This document shows, piece after piece, positions 41,811 to 51,740 of a stretch of 64,000 nt of DNA. The first letter of the stretch is position 1, and the number at the start of each line of letters is the position of its first letter. The notes under the pieces were generated by a model. That model did not search any database, was not told the origin of the DNA, and saw nothing but the letters and a program-made list of their open reading frames with translations. Made by a program: the position numbers and the translations under genes. This DNA is from Cyanobacteria bacterium P01_D01_bin.156 (GTDB lineage: Bacteria > Cyanobacteriota > Cyanobacteriia > Phormidesmidales > Phormidesmidaceae), in contig JBCCQQ010000005.1 of NCBI GenBank assembly GCA_039024555.1, forward strand, positions 64,001 through 128,000. Direction: 5' to 3'.

Positions 41811-41852
41811 TTAAGCGTTTCTGGAAATAGCTCAATTTCTAGAAACGCTTAA
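41811..41852. other. Intercistronic stem-loop between cynA and cynB
   Basis: ttaagcgtttctggaaat-agctca-atttctagaaacgcttaa; probably stabilises the cynA part of the mRNA (inference). Confidence 0.65.
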
Positions 41853-41862
41853 ACTCTTATTT

Positions 41863-43500
41863 CTAAACCCCGTACTTGTCAATTTGTTCTTTGATGTAGT
41901 CAGCGGGCGCTGCTGGATCAAAGGTGTCAAATTCTAGGGTTTCGCTTCGAAAAATATCATCCGGTGGGCTTTGACCAACTTCCTGAGCTAGCTCCCTCGC
42001 CAAATCAGTTAAGAAGATATCTTTGCCAACCTGGTCGTAGGTGTCAGCCGTGATTACCTGAGCCGCTTTCCCGTCACCCTGGAGATCCCAACGCACTAGC
42101 TGAGAAGAAATCCAGTTAGCAAAACTTTGCCAGGGATAGGGGTCAAAGTCGATTCGATCCGGCACACTCAGGGTGTTGCCCTGACCATCTTCAAAGTTGC
42201 CAGTGAGTACGGCTTCTACAACCTCTACAGGCTGATTTAGAAACGCTCGCTCGGAAATCGCCTTAGCAATTTCTGGACGGTTGGCAGGGTTTCGTGCGTA
42301 GCCAGTTGCGTCAATGATGGCCTTGTTGAGCGCCCTAAAGGTGTTGGGGTTTGCATCAATCCACTGGTCGCTGGCCGCAAAGGCACAGCAGGGGTGACCG
42401 GGCCACAGATCCTTGGTGAGCTTAAAGATAAAGCCGGCCCCTTCAAAGACAGCTCGCTGGTTAAAGGGATCGGGCATCAGGTAAGCGTCAATATCACCGG
42501 CCACCAGCTGAGCGATACTGTCCGGCGGGGGAACCGGGCGAATCTTCACATCCACATCTGGATCAATGCCGCCAGTCGCTAGGTAATAGCGCAGCAACAG
42601 GTTGTGCATGGAGTAGGGGAACGGTACCCCGATAGTAAAGCCCTTGAAGTCCGCTGGCCCATTAATCTGACCTTTATACTTCTCAGCCACCGTAATGGCC
42701 TGACCGTTGATATTCTCAATACTGGCCAGTTTGACACCAAAGGAAGCAGACCCCAGACCCAGGGTCATGGCAATGGGCATAGGTGCCAACATATGGTAAG
42801 CGTCTAGCTCACCAGCAATGGCCGAGTCACGCACTGCACCCCAGCTAGGCATCTTAACTACTTCTGCATTGAAGCCGTACTTAGAGTAGAAACCTAAGGG
42901 CTCCGCCATAATGATAGGAGTGGCACAAGTGATGGGAATAAAGCCAACCTTAAGGTTAGTTTTCTCCAGCCCAGAAGTATCCACAGGCTCGCCATCATCC
43001 ACAACATCGGCGGTGGGGGTATCTGGCCGACAGTTGGTCAGCGTCACCAGGGCCGCGCCAATGGCCAGGTTTCTAAGAAATTCTCGCCGGGTAAAGGCAC
43101 TGTTTCGCATGGAATCTGCAAAGAACAGCCCAGCCTGGGGACCAAAGGCGGCAGCAAAGGCGTTTTCCATACCTCCAGCCTGTTCTGCCAAGGCCAGCAC
43201 TAGCTTTTCACGCTTGGGGTCTCCCTTGCCTGCGGCCTTTAGCAACAATGTTTTGCGCAGTTCGTAGGCATTGACCCGGTCTGCTGCCTCTATCTGCTGC
43301 TGCTTGTACAGACCCATTTTCATGAGGTCGTCCACCATGTCCACCGGGTCCTGGGGCATGGTTTGAATGAAGTCCATATGCGACTTGGTCAGGTGAGCCC
43401 CGCCGCAGATGAGGCAGGCCATCTCAAAATCAGTGAGAGCACCGCGATCGCAATTCAGATTTCCCCACTTTTGATCGGTTTGTGAGCCGGTTAAAACCAT
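41863..43500 (-). CDS. cynA: Cyanate ABC substrate-binding protein (NrtA/CmpA family) with a 130-aa N-terminal extension
   Basis: GFIPITCATP, NINGQAIT, YSMHNLLLRY, HPCC; internal RREFL Tat motif (aa 138-142) and lipobox Cys157. Confidence 0.85.
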   Translation of the reverse strand: MVLTGSQTDQKWGNLNCDRGALTDFEMACLICGGAHLTKSHMDFIQTMPQDPVDMVDDLMKMGLYKQQQIEAADRVNAYELRKTLLLKAAGKGDPKREKLVLALAEQAGGMENAFAAAFGPQAGLFFADSMRNSAFTRREFLRNLAIGAALVTLTNCRPDTPTADVVDDGEPVDTSGLEKTNLKVGFIPITCATPIIMAEPLGFYSKYGFNAEVVKMPSWGAVRDSAIAGELDAYHMLAPMPIAMTLGLGSASFGVKLASIENINGQAITVAEKYKGQINGPADFKGFTIGVPFPYSMHNLLLRYYLATGGIDPDVDVKIRPVPPPDSIAQLVAGDIDAYLMPDPFNQRAVFEGAGFIFKLTKDLWPGHPCCAFAASDQWIDANPNTFRALNKAIIDATGYARNPANRPEIAKAISERAFLNQPVEVVEAVLTGNFEDGQGNTLSVPDRIDFDPYPWQSFANWISSQLVRWDLQGDGKAAQVITADTYDQVGKDIFLTDLARELAQEVGQSPPDDIFRSETLEFDTFDPAAPADYIKEQIDKYGV

Positions 43501-43751
43501 AGAAGCACGCGCCTTAGCTAAGGTTGACTGAGACTAAAATGACTAACAAGTAATGAGTGATAGAAAGCATCCAAGAAGAGAGCAAAAACTCTCCAAAGGA
43601 AAAAACATCTTGGACGCTAGTTAAGTTTGTTTACCGTGATTGATAGTGTAATTTATACCAACCTGACCCTGAGAATACATCGGACTATTTTTTGAAAAAC
43701 TAGGACTTTTTAAGTTTGTTGAGTATTAAAGAGGCTATTTTGTTGCGGTTG

Positions 43752-44534
43752 TTACGAATTCGGCTGGCTTCGCCACACCTGAGGCGTTACCCCATGGAGT
43801 TTGCGAAACTGTCGGGTAAAGTAACCAGCATCGGCATAGCCAATGCTATCGGCAATTTGTTTAATCGATTGTGCCGTATTGCTTAACAGTTGTCGAGCCT
43901 GGGCCATACGACGTTCGATAATCCAAGCCTTTACCGTGCGGCCCGTCTGGCTCTGGGATAAATTAGTGAGATAGGCGGGAGAATATCCTACAGCCTGGGC
44001 CACATCGGTTAGATGAATAGACTGCTGGTAGTTAGCTTCAATAAACTCAAAAACAGCGGTCAATCGAGGACAGTCTGGAAAAATTGTTGCAGAAAGGATA
44101 ATATCTATCCCTTGTTGATTGAGACGATTCTGGAGACCGCGTTTGAGATCCGCTTGCCGCTGCAGGCGAGAGGTGATGGCCTCTAAAAAGGTTTCCACCG
44201 TACAGGGTTTAGTTAAATAGTCATCGGCTCCCAGCGTCATGCCTCGACGCAGATCGTCCATGGCCACCTTCGCCGTTAAAAAAATAAACGGAATAGACGC
44301 GGTAACATCATCGTGCCTTAGGGAAGCCAACACCTCATAACCGTCCATATCCGGCATCATAATGTCGCACACCACCAGATCTGGATGGTGCTGTCTGGCC
44401 AGCCTTACACCTGTCGAACCATTGGGCGCACCAATGCCCTGGAATTTTTCAAATTTCAAACATCGGAGAAAAATCTCCCTAGTTTGAGCCTCGTCTTCAA
44501 TAACAAGAATCGTTTTAACCATACCCCCTACCAT
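43752..44534 (-). CDS. Response regulator, REC plus AraC HTH
   Basis: VIEDE, CDIMMP, FLTAK, YLTKP; GYSPAYLT...IGYADAGYFTRQFRKLHGVTP. Confidence 0.93.
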   Translation of the reverse strand: MVGGMVKTILVIEDEAQTREIFLRCLKFEKFQGIGAPNGSTGVRLARQHHPDLVVCDIMMPDMDGYEVLASLRHDDVTASIPFIFLTAKVAMDDLRRGMTLGADDYLTKPCTVETFLEAITSRLQRQADLKRGLQNRLNQQGIDIILSATIFPDCPRLTAVFEFIEANYQQSIHLTDVAQAVGYSPAYLTNLSQSQTGRTVKAWIIERRMAQARQLLSNTAQSIKQIADSIGYADAGYFTRQFRKLHGVTPQVWRSQPNS

Positions 44535-44759
44535 CTACGATGAAGAGTAAGATGATAATCTGAGTACTGCTGAGCCTCGATATAATTTGACTGCTTAAAC
44601 CCTGGTCCCTGATCGACCTCACAGATCGTTTCATCCCCTAAATCAGCAACGACTACCTGATCACTGCTGGAAAAGCAACGTTCTTGCCAGCCATCACTAG
44701 ATACTCTCCTAAAGGTGTACGGGTTTTAAAAATTCATTGTGGTGTAATTCACTACAGTC

Positions 44760-45977
44760 TTGAACAACTTTATGAAATCAAAGGATTCCACTCACCTTTC
44801 CGATCATGCAGCGCTGGAGGCCCTGCGTCGTGAGCATGAGCTGATTCTCAATGCCGTGGGAGAAGGGGTGTATGGTTTGGATTTGCAAGGGAATGTCACA
44901 TTTGTAAACCCAGCGGCAGCTGCCATGATCGACTGGGAGATGGAAGATTTGATTGGTCAGTCCATGCATCGGGTTCTGCACCATTCCCATGAAGACGGCA
45001 GTCACTACCCTAGGGAATGTTGTCCTATTTATGAGGTATTTCAAAAAGGACATGTTCAGCGGATAACCGATGAGGTGTTTTGGCGAAAGGATGGCACCTG
45101 TTTCCCGGTGGAATATATCAGCACTCCTATGCGGAATGAGTCCGGAGAACTGATTGGGGCGGTGGTGACATTTCGCGATGTTAGCGATCGCAAGTGGGCT
45201 GAGGCCGTATTGCAACAAACAAATGAAGATTTAGAACTCAAGGTTCAGGAACGCACGGCTGAGCTTTACACCGCCAATGAACAACTGCGAGAGCTCAGTA
45301 CCCTAAAGTCGAGATTTGTGTCCATGGTGTGTCATGAATTTCGCAACCCAATGAATAATATTGCTCTATCCGTATCGTCTTTAAATCGATATGACGAGCA
45401 GTTATCGCAGTCACAAAAAAATCAGTATCTCCTAGATATTAAAGAGAATGTTGAACGCATGACCCGGATGATCGACGACATTCTGGTGCTGGGGAAGCTG
45501 GATGCAAAACGCCTGTCTTTGAAGCCAGAACCATTAAATTTGGTGGATTTCTGTCGCAATTTACTATCAGAGCTGCCAGCAGAGCCAGGGCAACTCATGT
45601 TTACGGGGCGACAGAAACCGTTAATTGCCCAGCTGGATCAAACACTTTTACGCTCTATTTTGACCAATATTTTATCTAACGCAATTCGCTACACCCCTGA
45701 TCACCAGCCTGTGCATTTATCGTTGTTTCGCCATAAGGAACAGGTGGTATTTGTTGTTAAAGACAACGGTTTAGGCATTCCCCCAGATGATTATCCCCAT
45801 TTGTTTGAGCCATTTCATCGGGGTAAGAATGTTAGCAATATTCCAGGAACAGGATTGGGGTTGAGTATTGTTAAACAATTTGTTGATTTTCAACAGGGAG
45901 AGATTCAGGTAAAAAGCCAGCTAGGAGAAGGAACAACTTTTAAGGTAATTTTGCCATTGATGCTGTCAGGTGAGTAA
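44760..45977 (+). CDS. Soluble PAS-domain sensor histidine kinase
   Basis: PAS (EGVYGLD, FVNPAA, FWRKDG, VTFRD); HEFRNP H-box; NAIRY, DNGLGI, GTGLGL; no TM. Confidence 0.93.
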   Translation: MNNFMKSKDSTHLSDHAALEALRREHELILNAVGEGVYGLDLQGNVTFVNPAAAAMIDWEMEDLIGQSMHRVLHHSHEDGSHYPRECCPIYEVFQKGHVQRITDEVFWRKDGTCFPVEYISTPMRNESGELIGAVVTFRDVSDRKWAEAVLQQTNEDLELKVQERTAELYTANEQLRELSTLKSRFVSMVCHEFRNPMNNIALSVSSLNRYDEQLSQSQKNQYLLDIKENVERMTRMIDDILVLGKLDAKRLSLKPEPLNLVDFCRNLLSELPAEPGQLMFTGRQKPLIAQLDQTLLRSILTNILSNAIRYTPDHQPVHLSLFRHKEQVVFVVKDNGLGIPPDDYPHLFEPFHRGKNVSNIPGTGLGLSIVKQFVDFQQGEIQVKSQLGEGTTFKVILPLMLSGE

Positions 45978-46415
45978 TGGGAGAGGTAATTTAGGAAGCT
46001 GGCAATTAGCAAAACTGTTTGAGTAGGGAACTTCTGAGTTTTCTTCCCGGAAGTAGGGGAGTATTCCAAGTAGGAACATTGGGGTTTCGGAACCACCGCC
46101 CGAGCTCTCTTTTGATTGTGCCATCGTTATGTCGTACAACTCCCTGATTGGAGTGCTTGACAGTCAAATGTGACGCATAAGCACCCTATTCACCATACTT
46201 GACGGTCAAATGTGACTATAACACGCTGCTTTCCTGGAGTTATGCGTCAAAAGTTGTTTATAAGTTCTATAAATAAGGGTGTTATCACCCAAAGGTAAAG
46301 GATAAGATCCAACAGTATGGGTCTTATCTACCAGATCTGACGCTGAATATGCTGAATATATAGTTGGGCGGCTTCATTTCTTGGTGGTGGCTGTACTTAT
46401 GCAAAGTTTTCGTTA

Positions 46416-47063
46416 TTGAAATTTTTCATGCAACCCGGTCTCCGCAGTGGAAAGCTTACAAAATGGAAAGATGAGCGTGGATTTGGTTTTATTCACCCTG
46501 TTGATGGAAGTCAAGAAGTTTTTTTGCATATTTCTGAAGTTAAAGATGCAACCCGTCGTCCACAAGAAAATGACACGATTTATTACCACTGCGTAGTTGA
46601 CTCAGATGGGAAAGTTCGTGCTTGTAACGCATTCATTCTGGGAGCAAGAAACAAATCAGCGAATTTGAGTAGTCGCACTAAACACTCCGATACCATCGTT
46701 TCAAGCTTTCCAATAGTTGAGGTAACTCTGTTGTCTCTTCTGCCTTTGGGTGGAGCTATGCATTTTACGTGGACGACGCGCAATCCCCTTCCCTTTTTTC
46801 TTTATCCTGTAATGAGTTTAGTGACTTACTTCCTATACGCTGATGATAAATCTCGCGCTAAACGCAAGGATTGGCGAACTCCTGAACAAACGCTACATAT
46901 GTGTGAACTGGTAGGTGGATGGTTGGGTGGGTTTATCGCCCAGCGGGTACTGCGTCACAAAAGTAAGAAAGAGTCTTATCAAATCGTATTTTGGGCAATC
47001 GTGATCATTCATTACCTTGGATGGCTGTTTTGGCTGCTTTTGGGAAGAATGCTATGGGTTTAA
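46416..47063 (+). CDS. Cold-shock domain plus DUF1294 membrane protein
   Basis: KWKDERGFGFI, VFLHIS; YADDKSRA..WRTPEQTLH, GGWLG, RHKSKK. Confidence 0.92.
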   Translation: MKFFMQPGLRSGKLTKWKDERGFGFIHPVDGSQEVFLHISEVKDATRRPQENDTIYYHCVVDSDGKVRACNAFILGARNKSANLSSRTKHSDTIVSSFPIVEVTLLSLLPLGGAMHFTWTTRNPLPFFLYPVMSLVTYFLYADDKSRAKRKDWRTPEQTLHMCELVGGWLGGFIAQRVLRHKSKKESYQIVFWAIVIIHYLGWLFWLLLGRMLWV

Positions 47064-47153
47064 CTCTGTTCCATGTGTTTGCAGTCATGCTTTTGACCTG
47101 GCTTAACAATAGGAGGATGCAGGATTCTATATTATTGTTTATGGGGAAAAATT

Positions 47154-47393
47154 ATGGTGACACTAACCTTGAGTGATGAGCAGGTTATTGAGCTTGTCAA
47201 ACAGTTGCCAGTTAGTCAACAGGTGGAGGTATTCAGATTCTTACTGCTCCAGCCATGGGGAAAATGGGAATCACTATCACGTTATGGAGTCAAAAAAGCA
47301 CAGTTGGTTGCTCAAGAGAAAGGTCTTGATTGGAATATGATGACCGAGGAAGAGCGTGAAGCTTTCATTGATGATGTGGTGCATGAGGACTAA
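47154..47393 (+). CDS. Small protein, probable antitoxin of the downstream PIN gene
   Basis: 79 aa with acidic C-terminus; TAATG stop/start overlap with the PIN gene. Confidence 0.7.
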   Translation: MVTLTLSDEQVIELVKQLPVSQQVEVFRFLLLQPWGKWESLSRYGVKKAQLVAQEKGLDWNMMTEEEREAFIDDVVHED

Positions 47394-47805
47394 TGCAATA
47401 CATTGTCGCTTTTGACACTAATATCTTGCTTTCCGCCCTATTGTCTACGAATGGTAATCTATTTTGCTGTCTCACTCTAGCAAAAGTCGGTCAAGTTGAA
47501 TCTGTGACTTGTCAGGAAATCTTGGATGAATTTGCCGAAAAGTTACTGATGAAATTTAAGTTCTCTGAAGAGATGGCACAGGCGGCAGTGGAAGAGGTTT
47601 GTCGATTTTCACGTCTGATTGAAATTTCCGGGACACTCAAGGCTGTTCCAGATGATCCAGATGACGATAGGTTGTATAATGTGGGGTGATAGGTAATGCA
47701 ACTCATATTGTCACAAGAAACAAGCATCTTTTATCGTTGGCGAACCACCAAAGTATTGTAATGCTCAAAGCAGCAGAGTTAGTTGCATTGTTGTCAACGC
47801 CCTAG
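47393..47805 (+). pseudogene. PIN-domain toxin (PIN_3 type), frameshifted with a premature stop
   Basis: FDTNILLSAL...DPDDD, then a frame change near 47670 to VV*CGVIGNATHIVTRNKHLLSL...STP* (TAG 47803-47805). Confidence 0.85.
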
Positions 47806-47818
47806 TGCTCTGCCAGCA

Positions 47819-47905
47819 GCCCAACAACGCCCATGCACCCGACCGTTGAGAGGTTATCTGTTGGAATTGGAAGATATCTGCGGCGGGTGATGGGCAACGT
47901 TAGCA
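47819..47905 (+). mobile_element. Integron attC recombination site
   Basis: R'' GCCCAAC, 5-nt spacer, ccat(g)cacccg(a)ccg pairing with cggcgggtgatgg (two extrahelical bases), 5-nt spacer, R' GTTAGCA; 87 bp, 13 bp after the PIN stop. Confidence 0.8.
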
Positions 47906-48032
47906 ATGAGTTGCCTGGATAGCCAAGTTAGGAGACTTTAAAAGATAGCTGAATATACTGGAGAGTAAGAGCTCAGTCTACACTATAAGTCTTGGTGGGT
48001 GTGCCTACTCGACTCTGTGACGGTCCAATCCC

Positions 48033-49160
48033 CTAATCATCTTGCTGCAAGAACGGAATTTCGGCGAGACCATCCTCTCTTAGAGCACTAAATTTATTGT
48101 TTAGATTGGGTTCATGCTGTATGGGAATTAGCGATGTCTTGATCGGAAACGGCATGGCAATATCCTCATCGCGCAGGCGTTTATGTAACCGCTTAATAAA
48201 CTCATGGCGTACCACCAGGTGGTCAAAATATTCACGAATTCGCAGATATACCGTCATGGTGATAGCAAAGTAGCCAAATTCTTTAAACCGAATCCAAGGA
48301 TCGGAATCGGGGACGCCACCTTCTACTTTGTCCATTACCTCATTGGCCACATCTAGGGCTAACTGCTCTACGCGATCTAGGTCAGCGTCGTAGCTAATGC
48401 CCACTTCCAGAACAATCAGCGCCTGCTGATCCGGCAGGCCATAGTTTTTGAAAACATTGTTGAGTATGCGAGTATTCGGCACCACCACCATGTTGTCCCG
48501 AATGTCTTGCAAAATGGTGTGCCGCCAGGCAATATCCACAACATAGCCCTCCTCACCAGAATCTAGCTGGATAAAGTCTCCCACCCGCAGCTTATTAGAG
48601 GTGGCTAGGTTTAATCCGGAGAGAAAATTGGTTAGGGTGCTTTGAAAGGCTAAACCTAGGGATACACCACCAATACCCAGGGCCGTTAGCAAAGGTGTAA
48701 TGGCAATGCCCAGGGACTGCAAAATCACCAACACACCAAAGGTGAAGATGACAATCCGGGTTAACATCTCAAAGAGAGAAGTAAGATTACCCGCTCCCTT
48801 AGTTTCGGAAAAATACCGAACAAACCCCACCGCCAAACGGGCAATAATCAGCGTTCCTGATGCGATCGCAGCTGCCAATAAACTCTTTTGAATTGTCAGA
48901 AACAGATTGTTGTCAATGGGCAGGGTGAGAATTGCCGCAAAAACACCACCAAGAATAAACCAAACCAGAATTAACCCCTTGAGGGAGCTAATAATTACAT
49001 CAGCTCCGCCCCAACCCAGCTTGGTCGCCGCTCTCTGCAGTCGATTTAGCCCCTGACGTTCAACAACCAGTCCTAAAAAGAGTGCACCCAAAATAATTAG
49101 AATGGGCACAACGATACGAACAATATTGGTAATCGTCAGGGCACTAAGAACAGAGTCCAC
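48033..49160 (-). CDS. mscS: Small-conductance mechanosensitive channel
   Basis: LGIGGVSLGLAFQ, VGDFI, GYVVDIAWRHT, VPN, ISYDAD, PFP. Confidence 0.9.
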   Translation of the reverse strand: MDSVLSALTITNIVRIVVPILIILGALFLGLVVERQGLNRLQRAATKLGWGGADVIISSLKGLILVWFILGGVFAAILTLPIDNNLFLTIQKSLLAAAIASGTLIIARLAVGFVRYFSETKGAGNLTSLFEMLTRIVIFTFGVLVILQSLGIAITPLLTALGIGGVSLGLAFQSTLTNFLSGLNLATSNKLRVGDFIQLDSGEEGYVVDIAWRHTILQDIRDNMVVVPNTRILNNVFKNYGLPDQQALIVLEVGISYDADLDRVEQLALDVANEVMDKVEGGVPDSDPWIRFKEFGYFAITMTVYLRIREYFDHLVVRHEFIKRLHKRLRDEDIAMPFPIKTSLIPIQHEPNLNNKFSALREDGLAEIPFLQQDD

Positions 49161-49164
49161 GGCA

Positions 49165-50358
49165 CTAGTTAGAGAACAACTTAAAATAAAGCGATTGCAT
49201 CATTTCCTTGATAGGAAACAACACATAAGTGATAGGGTTAATCGTCACGATGATATTGCGAATATCCCGCTTAGCCAAATTGACAATGGCCCCGGCCACC
49301 CAGTCGGCAGACATCACCCCCACTGGATTGAGCTTGCTCTTAAAGGGACCCAAAACCAGTTTACGAATCACACAGGGGGCATCCCGACGTCGGAGGGTGA
49401 TCAAATCTCCCAACAGCCGTTTAGAGGTTTCGTATAGCGGGCTAAAGGCGGGATTCACCTCTGCTTCAGAGGTGTTGATCCATAGCTCTTTCTTGGCCGG
49501 TCCCAACTTGTTATCTACGGTGTCTAGAAACACTTCCATCAGTCGCCAGGCGGATAGTGCGTTGACATCTAGGGAACGTGCGATCGCATCCTTTGAGCGG
49601 TCTCCATGGACATTAATGCCATGGTTAATCACCAAAATATTGACCCGGCGCAGCATATCCTGCAGTTCACCCTCTTGCCCAGGGCACCAAGGCACCACTT
49701 TGATGGCCCCATCAATCACCGCATCGGCAGAACGGCTTAGGGCAATGGGTTTTGCCCCCTGGGCCGCCAACCGTTTGATCAAGGCCCGTCCCAAGGTGCC
49801 GGAGGCCCCGGTCACCGCAACGGTTTTACCCTTTAACGACAGCGCTGTTCCCATAAGCTTGTCCGAAATGGTGAAATAGCCTGCATAGTAGGCCGTTGTT
49901 TCATCAAAATGATGGCGCCAGTGGTAGGTACGATTCACAAACCACAGACCGGGTGGTGTGGTTAACGGTCCCGGTTCGTGGGTCAGATCCGTCAACTGAA
50001 GTAAGCCCTGGGAGCGCAATACCGCAGCCACTAAAAAGCCAGCTCCGTACAAAAAACCTAACCAAAAGCCCCACAGCGGTGTTAGCACCGCCACCGTGGC
50101 CATGCAGGCCATCATCACCAGCGATTCTGGCACATCATTGTAAAGCTGAGCCTTTTGATACAGCTCTTTGCTGATGGGCGTAAAATCTTTGCGATAGACC
50201 TTATGGTGCCAATTGTGCAAGCGCATCAAGGGAGGCCAAAGGTGGCTGACCACATGGTAAACATCCCGCACCATTTCCACTAAAAAGACTGAGACCAAAC
50301 CCCATACACCCTGCAGTAGCCAGGGTGCCATGGAGCTATTCAGAGCAACATCCCCCAC
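49165..50358 (-). CDS. Bifunctional sterol desaturase / short-chain dehydrogenase
   Basis: His boxes HVVSH, HNWHH, HWRHH; TGASGTLG, NHG, YETSK. Confidence 0.9.
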   Translation of the reverse strand: MGDVALNSSMAPWLLQGVWGLVSVFLVEMVRDVYHVVSHLWPPLMRLHNWHHKVYRKDFTPISKELYQKAQLYNDVPESLVMMACMATVAVLTPLWGFWLGFLYGAGFLVAAVLRSQGLLQLTDLTHEPGPLTTPPGLWFVNRTYHWRHHFDETTAYYAGYFTISDKLMGTALSLKGKTVAVTGASGTLGRALIKRLAAQGAKPIALSRSADAVIDGAIKVVPWCPGQEGELQDMLRRVNILVINHGINVHGDRSKDAIARSLDVNALSAWRLMEVFLDTVDNKLGPAKKELWINTSEAEVNPAFSPLYETSKRLLGDLITLRRRDAPCVIRKLVLGPFKSKLNPVGVMSADWVAGAIVNLAKRDIRNIIVTINPITYVLFPIKEMMQSLYFKLFSN

Positions 50359-50362
50359 AGGC

Positions 50363-50647
50363 TTAAACCTCTACTGTGACGCCGTTCCAGAAGGCTACAT
50401 AGCCCTTGATGTTACTTGCACCACTTTTAGGATCTGCGTAGCACCAGGCTGCATTCTTATTTTGCTGGCCATCGACGTCAAGGGTGTAGTAACTAGCCAC
50501 CCCTTTCCAACCGCAGACAGTCGTTTTATCGCTGTCCTTGAAATACTCCTTATTTAAAGATTCAGGGGGGAAGTACTGGTTGCCATCAACCACCTCACAA
50601 TTGTCGCTTTCAGCTAGCACAGCGCCGTTCCAGGTTGCCTTGGGCAT
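50363..50647 (-). CDS. DUF427 domain protein
   Basis: VLAES, YFPP, CGWKGVASYY, AAWCY, IKGYVAFW. Confidence 0.92.
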   Translation of the reverse strand: MPKATWNGAVLAESDNCEVVDGNQYFPPESLNKEYFKDSDKTTVCGWKGVASYYTLDVDGQQNKNAAWCYADPKSGASNIKGYVAFWNGVTVEV

Positions 50648-50791
50648 CGTTCCTTACTCCTGTATGTTGCCGAGCCAGCGGGTCTGAAAACCTTTGGGAA
50701 TATTCACCACCGCTAACCTGACAAAAGTTAATATTTCGTCTTCGATGGTAAATCGTATCCGGGTTTGTGGAAAGGAAAAAACCATGAATCC

Positions 50792-51691
50792 CTACCGTTG
50801 CCGATTTAGAGCAGGCGCTTGGATCTGGCTTTCGACAAACTCGATGATTTTATCGGCAATGTTGATGTCGGTGGCGCGTTCAATGCCTTCTAGACCTGGG
50901 GACGAGTTAACCTCCATAACAACCGGGCCATGGTTGGACCGCAACAGGTCAACACCGGCAATTTTTAACCCCATGGCCTTGGCTGCCCGCAGAGCGGTGC
51001 TGCGTTCTTCATAGGTGAGCCTGGTTTTACTCACCGATCCGCCTCGGTGTACGTTAGAACGAAATTCTCCAGGGGCACCCTGCCGCTTCATCGCAGCTAC
51101 CACCCGATCGCCCAGCACAAAACAACGGATATCAGCCCCTTCCGCTTCTTGAATAAATTCCTGCACCAAAATGTTGGCATCTAGACCGCGAAACGCTTCA
51201 ATCACCGACTTAGCGGCCTGATGGGTTTCTGCCAGCACCACCCCAATGCCCTGGGTGCCCTCCAGTAATTTGATTACCAGGGGAGCCCCACCCACCAGTT
51301 CAATCACCCCGTCAATATCCTTGGTGGAATGGACAAACCCCGTAACCGGTAACCCCACACCTTCCTTAGAAAGCAGCTGTAGGCAGCGCAGTTTATCGCG
51401 GGAGCGGGAGATGGCATCGGCTCCATTGGCGGTAAATACCCCCATCATCTGGAACTGACGCACCACAGCCGTGCCATAGAACGTTTTACTGGCACCGATG
51501 CGGGGAATAACGGCGTCGATATCTTCCAGTGGCTTACCCTGATAAATCAGTTTGGGATGGTGAGCTGTGATATCCATGTAGCAGCGCATATGGTCAATCA
51601 CAGTAATCGAGTGACCACGATTGTTACCTGCTTGGATGATGCGCCTGGTGGAATAGAGAGACGCATCTCGGGAGAGAACCGCAATTTTCAT
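50792..51691 (-). CDS. rimK: Ribosomal protein S6 glutamate ligase
   Basis: [44 protein letters not shown]. Confidence 0.96.
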   Translation of the reverse strand: MKIAVLSRDASLYSTRRIIQAGNNRGHSITVIDHMRCYMDITAHHPKLIYQGKPLEDIDAVIPRIGASKTFYGTAVVRQFQMMGVFTANGADAISRSRDKLRCLQLLSKEGVGLPVTGFVHSTKDIDGVIELVGGAPLVIKLLEGTQGIGVVLAETHQAAKSVIEAFRGLDANILVQEFIQEAEGADIRCFVLGDRVVAAMKRQGAPGEFRSNVHRGGSVSKTRLTYEERSTALRAAKAMGLKIAGVDLLRSNHGPVVMEVNSSPGLEGIERATDINIADKIIEFVESQIQAPALNRQR

Positions 51692-51740
51692 AGGGGCTAG
51701 GCAGGTATTTAGAGCACGCTGAAAATCTTTCCTAAGACTA

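Noticed and set aside
44742..44755. GTG-N8-TAC as an NtcA site
   Set aside because: Imperfect, immediately adjacent to the kinase start and far from cynA; could be chance
49229..49879. 216-aa + strand ORF and similar antisense ORFs (e.g. 20876-21331, 21377-21832)
   Set aside because: Shadow frames opposite well-supported genes
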